DNA of 64,000 nt from an uncultured bacterium. GTDB lineage: Bacteria > RBG-13-61-14 > DATKZS01. The stretch lies in the NCBI GenBank assembly GCA_964650485.1, contig CAZYTX010000014.1:3890-67889 (forward strand). Direction: 5' to 3'. Below, in pieces: positions 54,458 through 63,892 of the stretch. A program made the position numbers and the translations under genes. Each line of letters starts with the position of its first letter. Positions within the stretch are counted from its first letter, which is position 1. The notes under the pieces are model-generated. The model had not been told where the DNA came from. It was given only the letters and a program-made list of their open reading frames with translations, and made no database searches.

Positions 54458-55930
54458 TTATTCCTCTGCCCGGCCCGGCTCCTGGACCTCGGGCACGGCC
54501 TTCCAGAAGTAGCCGGTAAAGCCCCGCTGCTCGTCATAATACTTCTTCCTGAAGCTTATGCGCACCGGGACCCCGACCTCGATGTCCGCGAGCTCGCAGT
54601 CGGTGAAGTCCATCATCATGCGGCCGCCCCGGTCGAACTGCACCATGCCGTACATTGCCGGCGGGTCCACAGACACCGCCAGCATGTCGCCTGTGAAAGT
54701 AAGTATCTTCGCGGGCTGGTCCGCGAACTCGTAGTCATCGAGAGAGTCAACCTCCCCGCAGTCCGGGTTCACGCACACCCGCTCCCTGGGTATCTGGGGA
54801 GTGCCGCACTCGCGGCACCGGCCGCCTACAAAGCCCAGGATGAGCTTGCGGCGCCTCCACAGGGCGCTCAGCATGGTCTGCTTGGGGGCCTCCGCCCGGA
54901 TGCCCATCTCGGTCTCAATCAGCTCGTTGAACTTCAGGTACTTTGTATAGGTCTTCTCGGTCTTCTTCCTTGCAAGGTTTTTGGACACGGCCTCCCGCGG
55001 GGGCAGGTCCTTTATTTTTTCAGTGACCTTGAACAGGAGCGCGTCCGATCCACCGCCGAAGCCGGCCACCAGTATGATGTCGCCCGGCTTGGCACTCTCC
55101 AGCTCACGCACCAGCATGACGATAGGGTGCGCGGTCCCGCACTCGCCGGTCTGGGCGTGCATGTTGTCAGCCACCTGCTCGGGCGAGGCCCCCAGCTTCT
55201 TTGCAATGTTGCCGTGGGCCCTGCCCAGGAAGCAGGGGTAGACCAGCCTTGCGACGTCCTTTATGGAAACACCGGTCTTTTCCAGAAGGCCCCCGATGGC
55301 CTGGGGAAATATCTTCATGTACCCCTCGTCACGGATCCATCGCTCCTCCCAGTTGTAGTCGAACTCCCGGGCGGCGCCCCGGTAGTGGTCAATAAAATCG
55401 TGGGTGACAGAGTGGGCCCCCATGAACTCGGCGATCACGTCATCGTTCCCGATGAGCAGTGATGCGGCCCCGTCCCCGAACCACATCTCGTGGAACCAGG
55501 CGGCCTTGGTGCGGCGGTGGTCCGACGCCGTGACCATGACCAGGTTTTTATCCCCGGCTTTCACCGCGGAGAGCGCCGCGATGAGCGCCGATGTGCCTGC
55601 CTTCTGGGTGGAGGTGAAGTCCGCGGAGGTCACCTGGTCGGGCAGGTTCGCTGCTTCGGCCAGGATGCCCGAGTTGTTCCGGTCCGCGTATGGCGCACTG
55701 GTGCTGGCCAGGTACAAGGCGTCCACCTTTGTCTTGTCCATGCCGGAAAGGCAGTCCCTGCCCGCTGCCACCGCCATGGTAAGCGCGTCCTCGTCCCAGT
55801 TGCACATGGTCCGCTCTCCCTTGGCCGCGGTGATAAGGCCTGGCGCCAGCCATCCCATGGAGCTCATGATAGCCATGCGCTCGAGTCTGAGCCTTGGCAA
55901 GTAAGCCCCGTACGATACAATACCAGCCAT
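54458..55930 (-). CDS. HMG-CoA-synthase-like domain fused to a DUF35 (zinc ribbon plus OB fold) domain
   Basis: The N-terminus AGIVSYGAYLPRLRL...WDEDALTMAVAAGRDCL resembles archaeal HMGCS. The C-terminus CRECGTPQIPRERVCVNPDCG followed by an OB-fold-like beta region is DUF35-like. Confidence 0.72.
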   Translation of the reverse strand: MAGIVSYGAYLPRLRLERMAIMSSMGWLAPGLITAAKGERTMCNWDEDALTMAVAAGRDCLSGMDKTKVDALYLASTSAPYADRNNSGILAEAANLPDQVTSADFTSTQKAGTSALIAALSAVKAGDKNLVMVTASDHRRTKAAWFHEMWFGDGAASLLIGNDDVIAEFMGAHSVTHDFIDHYRGAAREFDYNWEERWIRDEGYMKIFPQAIGGLLEKTGVSIKDVARLVYPCFLGRAHGNIAKKLGASPEQVADNMHAQTGECGTAHPIVMLVRELESAKPGDIILVAGFGGGSDALLFKVTEKIKDLPPREAVSKNLARKKTEKTYTKYLKFNELIETEMGIRAEAPKQTMLSALWRRRKLILGFVGGRCRECGTPQIPRERVCVNPDCGEVDSLDDYEFADQPAKILTFTGDMLAVSVDPPAMYGMVQFDRGGRMMMDFTDCELADIEVGVPVRISFRKKYYDEQRGFTGYFWKAVPEVQEPGRAEE

Positions 55931-55960
55931 TCCTTTGACCCCCTTTGTTATTTCGATGTC

Positions 55961-56683
55961 CTACTTTGTATCCGCCAACCCCGCCTCCCCGGCCTCTCCT
56001 TCAAGCTCGCGCCAGGTAACCCAGAGGCTGGGACCCCCGTGCAGCATGGAGGCCAGGAGGCTGACTATATCCCCCCGGCGCCTGCCCTTGGTCCTCACGT
56101 CAAACAGGCACATGGCAATGAACATGGGCACCAGTGCCCTGGCCATGAGGGTGGTGTCATAAGGCTTTGCAAAGCCCGCCTTGATGTAGCTGTCAAGTGC
56201 GCGGCCGGTGGTCTCCACGAAGCGCTCCCACACCCTGTTTATCTGTCGCTGGAATTCGGGGTCCCTGCCCGGTCCCTCGCGGAGCAGGATGCGAAGGTGC
56301 GACTCGTGCCTCGCGGCCTCGTCGAAAAGCCTGTGGATCACACGGGAGAGAAGCTCGTACTCCATGGGCTCGCCCCTGCGCTTTTTCATGCCTTCTATGG
56401 TGTCCCTTGCGAGCTCTCCCACTATCTCCTCGATGCTGTCAGTAATCCTGTCCAAGATGGCCACGTATATGTCGTGCTTTCTCTCGAAGTTGCTGTAGAG
56501 GCTACCGGTGGTCACCCCCGCGGTGGATGCCAGGTCCCGGACCGAGGTGCCCCTGTAGCCCTTCCGTGCAAAGAGTTCCATGGCGGACGAGAGCAGGAGC
56601 TCCCTGGTCTCCTCCTTTCCGCGCCTTTCCTCCCTGCGCTTTTTCCCCTTATGGTTTTTATCTTGTGTGGCCGCCTTTTTCAC
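55961..56683 (-). CDS. TetR/AcrR-family transcriptional regulator
   Basis: HTH GTSVRDLASTAGVTTGSLYSNFERK. The start is uncertain: the GTG at 56683 after GGAGGG, or the listed ATG at 56770. Confidence 0.8.
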   Translation of the reverse strand: MKKAATQDKNHKGKKRREERRGKEETRELLLSSAMELFARKGYRGTSVRDLASTAGVTTGSLYSNFERKHDIYVAILDRITDSIEEIVGELARDTIEGMKKRRGEPMEYELLSRVIHRLFDEAARHESHLRILLREGPGRDPEFQRQINRVWERFVETTGRALDSYIKAGFAKPYDTTLMARALVPMFIAMCLFDVRTKGRRRGDIVSLLASMLHGGPSLWVTWRELEGEAGEAGLADTK

Positions 56684-56876
56684 CGTCCCTCCAGAACCTA
56701 AAATAACGGGTGTTATCTTTTTCCCGCCCGTTGCCGAGCCGCAAAAATCAATAAAAACAGGCAAATACAATCATGTGCCCGGCTTTTCCAAGCCCGGGGC
56801 ATAATAGCGCATCCTTTTGAAAAGTCAAGGAGCCCGGCATTTGTTAGAAAGAGATTGAGTTTGGTGGACGCTTTTT

Positions 56877-58406
56877 TCAGGAATAGAATTCGGGCATAGT
56901 GGCAGGTATTTTTGCTGCTGGAAGGAGCACGGTGAAGGTGGAGCCTTTGTCCGGTTTGCTTCTGGCTTTGATCTCTCCGCCGTGCTTTTGCACTATTCCA
57001 AGGGATACGGACAGTCCCAGCCCGGTGCCTTTCCCGTTTCTCTTGGATGTGTAAAAGGGATCGAAGATGTCTGAGAGCTTATGCTCGGGTATGCCCACGC
57101 CCGTGTCGGTGAACTCGACAGCCACGTACTCGCGGTCACCGGTCTTATGTACGGAGATGTTAAGAGTGCCGCCTTCGGGCATGGCGTCGAGTGCGTTCAA
57201 GATGAGATTTAGAAATACCTGGTTCAGCTGCTGCCTGTCACCGTAGACCTGTGGAAGGTCGGACTCGATCTCGCCTTTCACCTTGACACCTGCCAGCTTG
57301 ATCTGGTTGCTGGCAAGCTCCAGGGTCTGGTCTATCAGCTCCTCCACCTCCAGGGCCTCGGATTCCATCTCGCTTTCCCTTGCGAAGTCGAGGAGCTTTC
57401 TCACTATCTTCTGCGCTCGCTCGGACTCGTTCAAGAGGTCGTTAATCATGTCCTCCAACTCCTGGTCGGAGGCCTCTTTGTACTCCTCCATAAGCGCGGA
57501 AGATGTGAGGATGATGTTGTTGAGGGGGTTGTTGAGTTCGTGGGCCACGCCCGCGGTGAGGGTGCCCACGGCCTTTAGCTTGTGCGCCTGCATTAGCTGC
57601 TCGTGTCTTCTGACCAGTTGCCGCATCATGTGGTTGAGCGCCATGGCCAGCTTTGCGAACTCGTCATTGTAGCGTCGCCTGGGTGTGATGGGGGTGAAGT
57701 CTCCCTGGGCGATGCGTGTGGTGGCCTGCATCATCCTGTTCAATGGCGCCAGCATCTGGTTGGCTATAAAGAAGGCGAGAAAGAGTATGAGCAGCAGCAG
57801 GATCACCATGAAGACCACCGGGATCTTGTGGGAGAGGTTTAGCATGGAGTTTATCTGGCTCCTTTCCTTTGCCACCAGTTGATCGGCCTCGGTGACCATC
57901 TGTGCGCCGTGTTTCCTGAGTCCCGATTCAATACGCTCCATCTCGGTTGAGGGCCTGCCATTTTGAGCTTCAATTCTCTTTATCCTGAGCAGCAGGTCTT
58001 CATACTTGTTAAGGTGTCTTTTTATGCTGTCATAGTTTTTTTCCCCCACCACGCCGGTCATCTCTTCGCGGTTTCCGGCTAGAATTCCGTTTGCGTTTTG
58101 TACGTGCTCCAGCGCGTCGTCCAGGTTGGTGTGGTAGAGGAAGTAGTTCTTTTCAAACCTCCTCGCCTGCTGTATCTCAAAGGAGAAGCTCTGGGCGGCC
58201 TCCATGAAGTGCAGCTTCTGTCTTATGCTGGAGACGTTGACCATGGAGAAGACGGCTATTGCCAGGCTGAGGACGAACCACGCCAGAAAGCCCAGGATGA
58301 GCCTGGTGCGGATGGATACCGAGGGCCTTTCCCTGAGGGCGCGCTGGGCCTCCTCCGCTATCTTTTCCCACGAGGGGGGCTCTTCTTTTTGCGGTGAACT
58401 CATCAT
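56877..58406 (-). CDS. Sensor histidine kinase (two TM helices, HAMP, HisKA, HATPase)
   Basis: H-box GVAHELNNPLN, N-box NLILNALDAM, G-boxes DTGVGI and GTGLGLS. A HAMP-like linker follows the second TM helix. Confidence 0.9.
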   Translation of the reverse strand: MMSSPQKEEPPSWEKIAEEAQRALRERPSVSIRTRLILGFLAWFVLSLAIAVFSMVNVSSIRQKLHFMEAAQSFSFEIQQARRFEKNYFLYHTNLDDALEHVQNANGILAGNREEMTGVVGEKNYDSIKRHLNKYEDLLLRIKRIEAQNGRPSTEMERIESGLRKHGAQMVTEADQLVAKERSQINSMLNLSHKIPVVFMVILLLLILFLAFFIANQMLAPLNRMMQATTRIAQGDFTPITPRRRYNDEFAKLAMALNHMMRQLVRRHEQLMQAHKLKAVGTLTAGVAHELNNPLNNIILTSSALMEEYKEASDQELEDMINDLLNESERAQKIVRKLLDFARESEMESEALEVEELIDQTLELASNQIKLAGVKVKGEIESDLPQVYGDRQQLNQVFLNLILNALDAMPEGGTLNISVHKTGDREYVAVEFTDTGVGIPEHKLSDIFDPFYTSKRNGKGTGLGLSVSLGIVQKHGGEIKARSKPDKGSTFTVLLPAAKIPATMPEFYS

Positions 58407-58471
58407 CCTGATTTATTAATATATGATGAACCAATGAGCAAGCGGCCGGCCCGTTATTCTCGGGGCCCTGC

Positions 58472-59089
58472 TCACTCGATGGATATGCCTTTATGTCCCA
58501 AAGACAGTGCGGCTTTATTGATCACCGCCCGGAGGTCTTTGGGCTTGAAGGGCTTTGCAATGAAGTCGAAGGCCCCTTTTACCAGGGCCTCCCTTGCCAC
58601 CTCCACGGTGGCGTACCCGGTGATGAGGATGACCCTGGTGTTCTCGCATTTTGCCAGGATATTCTCCAGCACCTGTATGCCGTCGACCTCTTCCATCTTG
58701 AGGTCGGTCACCACTATGTCGAACTCTTTTTCATCCAGCCGTGCCAGTGCCTCTCTCGGGTTCAAGAAGAACTCGACCTCGAAGCCGGCCTTGGTGAGCG
58801 CGGGTTGAAGGCGCTTTCCCACTATGGGCTCGTCGTCGAGTATCATCACTTGGAGCTTTTCCCCTTCCGACTTCTGCACTGGTTTACGTTCTCTGGAGGT
58901 ATCCATGGTTTTATCATCCTCCTGTTTTTGTTCTTTTATTTTTTCTGATCTTACAACCTTTATCCTGTCCAGGGCGAGCTTAGTCTTGAGCTCCACCCCG
59001 GTCAGGCTGAAGCCCATCTCCGGCTTGCCCGACTCCGCGAAGGATATCCTCACCATCCAGTCGTCTATTTTTCTCGATTTGTCGTTCAT
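58472..59089 (-). CDS. Single-domain response regulator with a ~85-aa N-terminal extension
   Basis: GGAG lies 7 nt before the ATG at 59089. REC motifs VMILDDEP, VVTDLKM, FIAKPF. Confidence 0.85.
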   Translation of the reverse strand: MNDKSRKIDDWMVRISFAESGKPEMGFSLTGVELKTKLALDRIKVVRSEKIKEQKQEDDKTMDTSRERKPVQKSEGEKLQVMILDDEPIVGKRLQPALTKAGFEVEFFLNPREALARLDEKEFDIVVTDLKMEEVDGIQVLENILAKCENTRVILITGYATVEVAREALVKGAFDFIAKPFKPKDLRAVINKAALSLGHKGISIE

Positions 59090-59158
59090 TTTCCCGCTCC
59101 TTTTTGTAAAGCTGTGTTGATGTTGCAGGCCTGATACTGCGTACACGGTGTCCGGACA

Positions 59159-60256
59159 TCAGGCGGCCTCCGGGACCTCCTTTGTCTCTATCAAGGTGGT
59201 TCTTATGCGCCTCCTCTGGCGGTAAGCCTTTATCACGTTATACAGTATTATGATCATTCCCGAGACCCCGGCCAGGAAGAGCATGGCCTTGCTGGCCTGG
59301 TTGAAATATATGTCCCAGTCGGGGTTAAAGTTTATCCAGCCGAGCTGCCTAAGGTACATGGGCACGGCGATGGCGCGGCTTATCACGCACAAGAGGATGA
59401 GCGCACCGGTGACTATCCTTATCATCACCTCTTTGACCACCTTGACCCCGTATGCTCCGATGTATATGCCCAGGAGCGACCCCAGGTACAGCAGCATGAT
59501 GAGCCTTATGTCCACGAACCCCTGGAAGGCGTAGTTCAGTGCCCCCCACGCGCCCATGAACATGGCAAGGTAGAGCTCCGACCCCGCGGCCACCGCGGTG
59601 GGCACCCCGAAGATGTAGATCATGGAGGGCACGCCTATGAAGCCCCCCACCCCGATGGTGCCGGCCAGGTACCCGGTGGCAAGACCGCAGACAGAGATCA
59701 CCCACAAAGACACCCGCACGTCCGCCACCTTGAAGTTTATGTAAGGGGGCAGCTTGAGCCTTGCGATGAAGTTGGCGATCCTCATGGACGGTCCGCCTTC
59801 CTCGCTCTCTTTTAAGGCGTCCCGCAGCATTGAGATGGCCACCAGGGAGAGTATGAAGATGAACACCCCGCTGATGTAGAGGTCCGAGGCCGCGCTGCCC
59901 CCGCCTTCGCCGTGTCCCCCGCCTTCCACCTTGAAGAGCGCGGCGTTTATCCACACCGCCAGGCGGATGCCTATGAACGCGGTCACCACCATGAACACCG
60001 CCAGCCGCTTGTCCACGTTGCCGTACTCGCCGTGTTTCTTGCTCCCCATCATGGCCTTGCCGAACTTGTGAGTGATGTTGCTGCCCACGGCGATCACCCC
60101 GGGCGCGCCCAGGTTCATCATCCCCGGCGTCATGAAGAAGGCCCCCCCGCTGCCGATGAACCCGCTCAGGGTGCCGCCGATGAACCCGATCAGCACCACC
60201 TGCAGGGCGGTCACCAGGTCCATCTCGATAAAGTGATCGAACAGTAACGCTTCCAT
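59159..60256 (-). CDS. TauE/SafE (TSUP)-family membrane transporter
   Basis: 365 aa and polytopic. GFIGGTLSGFIGSGGAFFMTP and a second GTIGVGGFIGVPSMIYIFG repeat. It has a Gly/His-rich central loop. Confidence 0.82.
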   Translation of the reverse strand: MEALLFDHFIEMDLVTALQVVLIGFIGGTLSGFIGSGGAFFMTPGMMNLGAPGVIAVGSNITHKFGKAMMGSKKHGEYGNVDKRLAVFMVVTAFIGIRLAVWINAALFKVEGGGHGEGGGSAASDLYISGVFIFILSLVAISMLRDALKESEEGGPSMRIANFIARLKLPPYINFKVADVRVSLWVISVCGLATGYLAGTIGVGGFIGVPSMIYIFGVPTAVAAGSELYLAMFMGAWGALNYAFQGFVDIRLIMLLYLGSLLGIYIGAYGVKVVKEVMIRIVTGALILLCVISRAIAVPMYLRQLGWINFNPDWDIYFNQASKAMLFLAGVSGMIIILYNVIKAYRQRRRIRTTLIETKEVPEAA

Positions 60257-60277
60257 GAATTACTCCTTCAACTCCTG

Positions 60278-61837
60278 TTATTCCATCTTTATCAACTTCA
60301 GCACCGCCCTGGTCACGCTGCCGTATGAGTAGGCCACGATCGGCACCAGTATGAACACGGCGATTGACACGATTAATTTCGGTCCCCAGTCCACCCTGGA
60401 GACAAAGGTGTCCTTTATGGAATCGGCATACCAGCCGGCGTTGGCCAGGAAAGCGAGCACTGCCTCCTGGTGGGTGAACACCAGGAAATAGAGTGCGGCA
60501 GCCACTATCAGGAAGGCCGCCACCCTGGGGACGTCGCGCTTTCCGAACAGGTACTGGCTTCCGAGCTCATCCGAGGTCACCACCGGGGCCTTGATGCTCT
60601 CGCTCAAGAAGCCCCGGAGGTCCCGGGTGGCCCGGAGCCTTGCCGCGTGTCCCCGTGACATGAACAGCTCGCCGATGACCACCAGGGTGTAAGGCATGGT
60701 CTTGTCTATTGCGCTTATGAGCTTGCTCTGGCCGCCGTATATCACACGTCCGCCGCCCGACTTGCCGATCTCCGCCAGCTCGTCCAGGGTCTTGTTCAAC
60801 CCCCCGTTGTCACCTTCATCGTAGGGAAGGTCGTCTTCTATGCCGCCGTTATGCGCGTCCCGGCCCTGGCCTGCGGCATCCCTTGCAGGCTCGGCCATGG
60901 CCTGCTCGCTTCCGGCCGGGGCGTCCCCCTCCGGGGCCAGCCTGATGAGCTCCACCGCGGCGTTCCACTTGGTGGCTATCTCCACCACCTGGTTGTACAG
61001 CTCGGAGCCGGGCTGGAACTCCTCTTGTATCCAGAGCAGGTTGGTCATGGCCATGGTGGCGCGTATGTCCTTCATTCCCGGCAGGTCTTTGCATACCTCG
61101 GGTATGACCTGGGCCAGCCCCGCATCCTGGGGCAGGTAGGTCACGGTGACCACGCCGTTGTCCGCCCTCACCTTTACGCCGGCCATGCGGGTGCGCTCGT
61201 CCCGTGCCAGGGCCGTTCTGGCCCTGGATGCGAGCAGCAGGTCCTGCATGGCCTTCCTGGATGAGGGGGTCATCTGGAAGTCGGGCAGCTGGGCAACGTT
61301 CACCAGCGCCGAGGCCGCGTTCTCCAGGCTCATCTGGGCCAGGTTTATCACCACGTCGTAGTTGGCCGCGTCCTCCCATGACACCCCATACATGGAGTGG
61401 ACCCATCTCCGCCTGTCCTCGTCCACCCCCTCGATGTAGCGGCGGGCCTTTGCCCGGTCCAGGCCAAGGGCCTGCATGACCGACCGGGTGCGGGAATCCT
61501 CGTCCGAAAGCACCCGCACGCGTAGCACGTGGCTCACCCCCGGCAGCAGCAGATGGCCGGTCCTGCCGTGGTACACCAGACCCCCCTGCATGGCCTTCTC
61601 GCAAAGGTAGGCGGTGGAAAAGGCAAGGTAATGGTCCCGCTCCAGGGCCAGCCGCTCGCTGAAGATGCCCGGCTTCATCATGGCCATCTCCAGCTTGCCC
61701 ACCTGGATGCCTTCTTTGGTCGCGGCCTCGATCAGCTCCTCGCGGCCAAGGCAGGCATAGCCAAGCTTGTCCGAAAGCTTGGCGGCAAGCTCCTGGCCGC
61801 CGCTGAAGGTCCCCCTGGAAATGCATATGATCTGCAT
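60278..61837 (-). CDS. Cytidylate-kinase-like (Cytidylate_kin2) domain protein with a USP-like middle segment and a C-terminal membrane anchor
   Basis: N-terminus MQIICISRGTFSGGQELAAKLSDKLGY. Middle YTLVVIGELFMSRGHAARL...APVVTS is USP-like. The C-terminus has two hydrophobic helices. Confidence 0.55.
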   Translation of the reverse strand: MQIICISRGTFSGGQELAAKLSDKLGYACLGREELIEAATKEGIQVGKLEMAMMKPGIFSERLALERDHYLAFSTAYLCEKAMQGGLVYHGRTGHLLLPGVSHVLRVRVLSDEDSRTRSVMQALGLDRAKARRYIEGVDEDRRRWVHSMYGVSWEDAANYDVVINLAQMSLENAASALVNVAQLPDFQMTPSSRKAMQDLLLASRARTALARDERTRMAGVKVRADNGVVTVTYLPQDAGLAQVIPEVCKDLPGMKDIRATMAMTNLLWIQEEFQPGSELYNQVVEIATKWNAAVELIRLAPEGDAPAGSEQAMAEPARDAAGQGRDAHNGGIEDDLPYDEGDNGGLNKTLDELAEIGKSGGGRVIYGGQSKLISAIDKTMPYTLVVIGELFMSRGHAARLRATRDLRGFLSESIKAPVVTSDELGSQYLFGKRDVPRVAAFLIVAAALYFLVFTHQEAVLAFLANAGWYADSIKDTFVSRVDWGPKLIVSIAVFILVPIVAYSYGSVTRAVLKLIKME

Positions 61838-61885
61838 GACACTGCTCCCTTGACTCCTGTTACTGCTTCGAAAATCCCGGCCCCT

Positions 61886-62299
61886 TCATGACCTTGGCTG
61901 GGGAAACACAATCGTGATCTCCAGCCACTCTTTCATGCGCGCCAGCCAGTGTCCCTTGGCGCGCTTCAGGTCCTCAAGGTCCGTGTACCCTCCCCAGACA
62001 ATGGTCTGCACCGACCTTTCGCCAGCCAGGAACTTCATCAGCTCGGATGGAGGGCTCCCCAGCCTGACCTCGGCCTCCACCTGGACCCCGGCGCCCAAGG
62101 CCTTGTCAATCGGGCCTTTTAAAGCCTTTTTCGCCCGGCTTTCAAGCCTTGTCGAACGGGCCGCCTCCTCGCTGTCAAATGCAAGAAGGAAAAGAAAAAT
62201 CAATGAACAATCCATGCGCTTTGCAAGCTCGATTGAATAATTCACCGCCCCTTTACGCATCCACAGCGAATCGAACAGTACCATTATTTTGTTTTGCAT
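61886..62299 (-). CDS. Universal stress protein-like protein
   Basis: 137 aa. KIMVLFDS...SLIFLFLL...GSPPSELMKFLAGERSVQTIVWG follows the USP pattern. Confidence 0.65.
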   Translation of the reverse strand: MQNKIMVLFDSLWMRKGAVNYSIELAKRMDCSLIFLFLLAFDSEEAARSTRLESRAKKALKGPIDKALGAGVQVEAEVRLGSPPSELMKFLAGERSVQTIVWGGYTDLEDLKRAKGHWLARMKEWLEITIVFPQPRS

Positions 62300-62333
62300 T
62301 CTTCACTCGATTGATGCCTGATGCTGATTATGA

Positions 62334-62349
62334 AGCAATAACGGTGCCG
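62334..62349 (-). promoter_or_regulatory. Sigma-54 (-24/-12) promoter upstream of the usp-like operon
   Basis: The minus strand reads cGGCACcgttaTTGCTt, with GG-N10-GC spacing, about 35 nt upstream of the ATG at 62299. It lies downstream of a sigma-54 activator gene. Confidence 0.6.
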
Positions 62350-62429
62350 CAGGATGGAAATGGGTATAAGTCAGGAAAATTGAAGATGAAATGGTCTGAA
62401 GAATGAATGTTGCTCAAAGGCTCGCCGCT

Positions 62430-62444
62430 GTTGCATCATTCAAC
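62430..62444. promoter_or_regulatory. Palindrome GTTGcatcattCAAC; candidate enhancer-binding-protein site
   Basis: It lies about 90 bp upstream of the sigma-54 promoter. It shares the half-site TGTTGC with 62408-62413 and 62518-62534. Confidence 0.3.
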
Positions 62445-62517
62445 GGAAACCGGGGGATTCAGGGCAAGTAATCTAAAACAAAATCAAAATATTACATGAT
62501 GCACATTTCAACCATAA

Positions 62518-62534
62518 TGTTGGAATTTGCAACA
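62518..62534. promoter_or_regulatory. Palindrome TGTTGgaatttgCAACA; candidate enhancer-binding-protein site
   Basis: It lies about 180 bp upstream of the sigma-54 promoter and directly after the activator gene's stop. Confidence 0.3.
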
Positions 62535-62536
62535 GT

Positions 62537-63892
62537 TCAGTCCTCGATCTCGCGGCGCTTCAAGTGTCTCCATAAGGATGCCCGGTCTATGCCGAGCAGC
62601 TTTGCCGCCCTGGTCTTATTTCGGCCCGCCCGGTTCAAGACCCACTGGATGTAATCGCGCTTTATCTCCTCCAGGGTCTTGATGTGGGAGTCCGGCTGTT
62701 CAAATGAAAACACCTCCATCTCTGACAGGTCCGGTGGCAGGTCCTTCACCTGGATGTGCTCCTCGCGGGCCATGGCCACTGCACGCTCGATGATGTTCTG
62801 CAGCTCGCGCACGTTGCCCGGAAAATCGTAGTCAACCAGTGCCTTCACGGAGTCCTCGGAAAACCCCTTGACCTCCCTGCCGGTCTTTTTAACCGCCCGG
62901 TTGAGGAAGAAATGAGCCAGCAGGGGTATGTCATTCTTTCGCTCCCGCAGGGGCGGGATGTAAATGGAGATCACGTTCAGTCTGAAGAAGAGGTCCTGGC
63001 GGAACAGTCCCGCATTCACGGCCTTCTTCAGGTCCTGGTTGGTGGCGGCGATGATGCGCACGTCAATGGGCACCGGCTGGTTGCCGCCCACTCTTATAAT
63101 CTCCTGCTCCTCGATGGCCCTTATCAACTTGACCTGCATGGAGAGCGGCATGTCCCCGATCTCGTCGAGCAGGAGCGTGCCCTGGCTGGCCGTCTCCAGC
63201 AGCCCGGCCTTCTGGGTGGCGGCCCCGGTGAAGGCGCCCTTCTCGTGCCCGAAGAGCTCGTTTGCCAGAAGCTCCTCGGCAAAACCCCCGCAGTTTATTG
63301 CAAGGGACCTGCCCTCCCTCCGAAGACTGTGGAAATGAAGCAGGGATGCAGCCAGCTCCTTGCCCGTCCCCGACTCGCCGGTGATGAGCACGTTGCAGTC
63401 CGTCTTAGCCACCTGCTTTATCACCCGCACCATTTCCTGCACCGCTTTGCTCTCGCCGATGAAGACGGGCTCGCCGGGGTGACCCCTCACCCGACTCTCA
63501 AGCTCGGTCACCTGCCTTCTCAGCGAGCGCTTCTCCAGGGCACGGGCCACCAGGTGCCTGACCTCCTCCGCACGGAAGGGCTTCTCCAGGTAATGGTAGG
63601 CGCCCTTGTTCATGGCCTCGATGGCCGTGGGAATGGACGCGTACCCCGTCACCACGATCACCTCCACATCAGGGTCATGCTGCTTGATCTTTGCAAGCAG
63701 CTCCAGCCCGGTCATCTCCTCCATCACCAGGTCGGTGATTACCAGATCGAAGTCGTTCCTGGAAAGAAGCGAAAGCGCGCTTTTGCCGTCCCTGGCGCCG
63801 GACACCTGGTGCCCGTCACCGGAGAGAATGCGGGTGAGGCCCTTGCGCGTCACCTCCTCGTCGTCAACTATGAGTATGCGAGCGCCTTGCAT
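62537..63892 (-). CDS. Sigma-54-dependent Fis-family response regulator (NtrC-like)
   Basis: REC (ILIVDDEE, VITDLVM), AAA+ GESGTGKELAA, NELFGHEKGAFTGA, and C-terminal HTH RAAKLLGIDRASLWRHLKR. Confidence 0.93.
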   Translation of the reverse strand: MQGARILIVDDEEVTRKGLTRILSGDGHQVSGARDGKSALSLLSRNDFDLVITDLVMEEMTGLELLAKIKQHDPDVEVIVVTGYASIPTAIEAMNKGAYHYLEKPFRAEEVRHLVARALEKRSLRRQVTELESRVRGHPGEPVFIGESKAVQEMVRVIKQVAKTDCNVLITGESGTGKELAASLLHFHSLRREGRSLAINCGGFAEELLANELFGHEKGAFTGAATQKAGLLETASQGTLLLDEIGDMPLSMQVKLIRAIEEQEIIRVGGNQPVPIDVRIIAATNQDLKKAVNAGLFRQDLFFRLNVISIYIPPLRERKNDIPLLAHFFLNRAVKKTGREVKGFSEDSVKALVDYDFPGNVRELQNIIERAVAMAREEHIQVKDLPPDLSEMEVFSFEQPDSHIKTLEEIKRDYIQWVLNRAGRNKTRAAKLLGIDRASLWRHLKRREIED

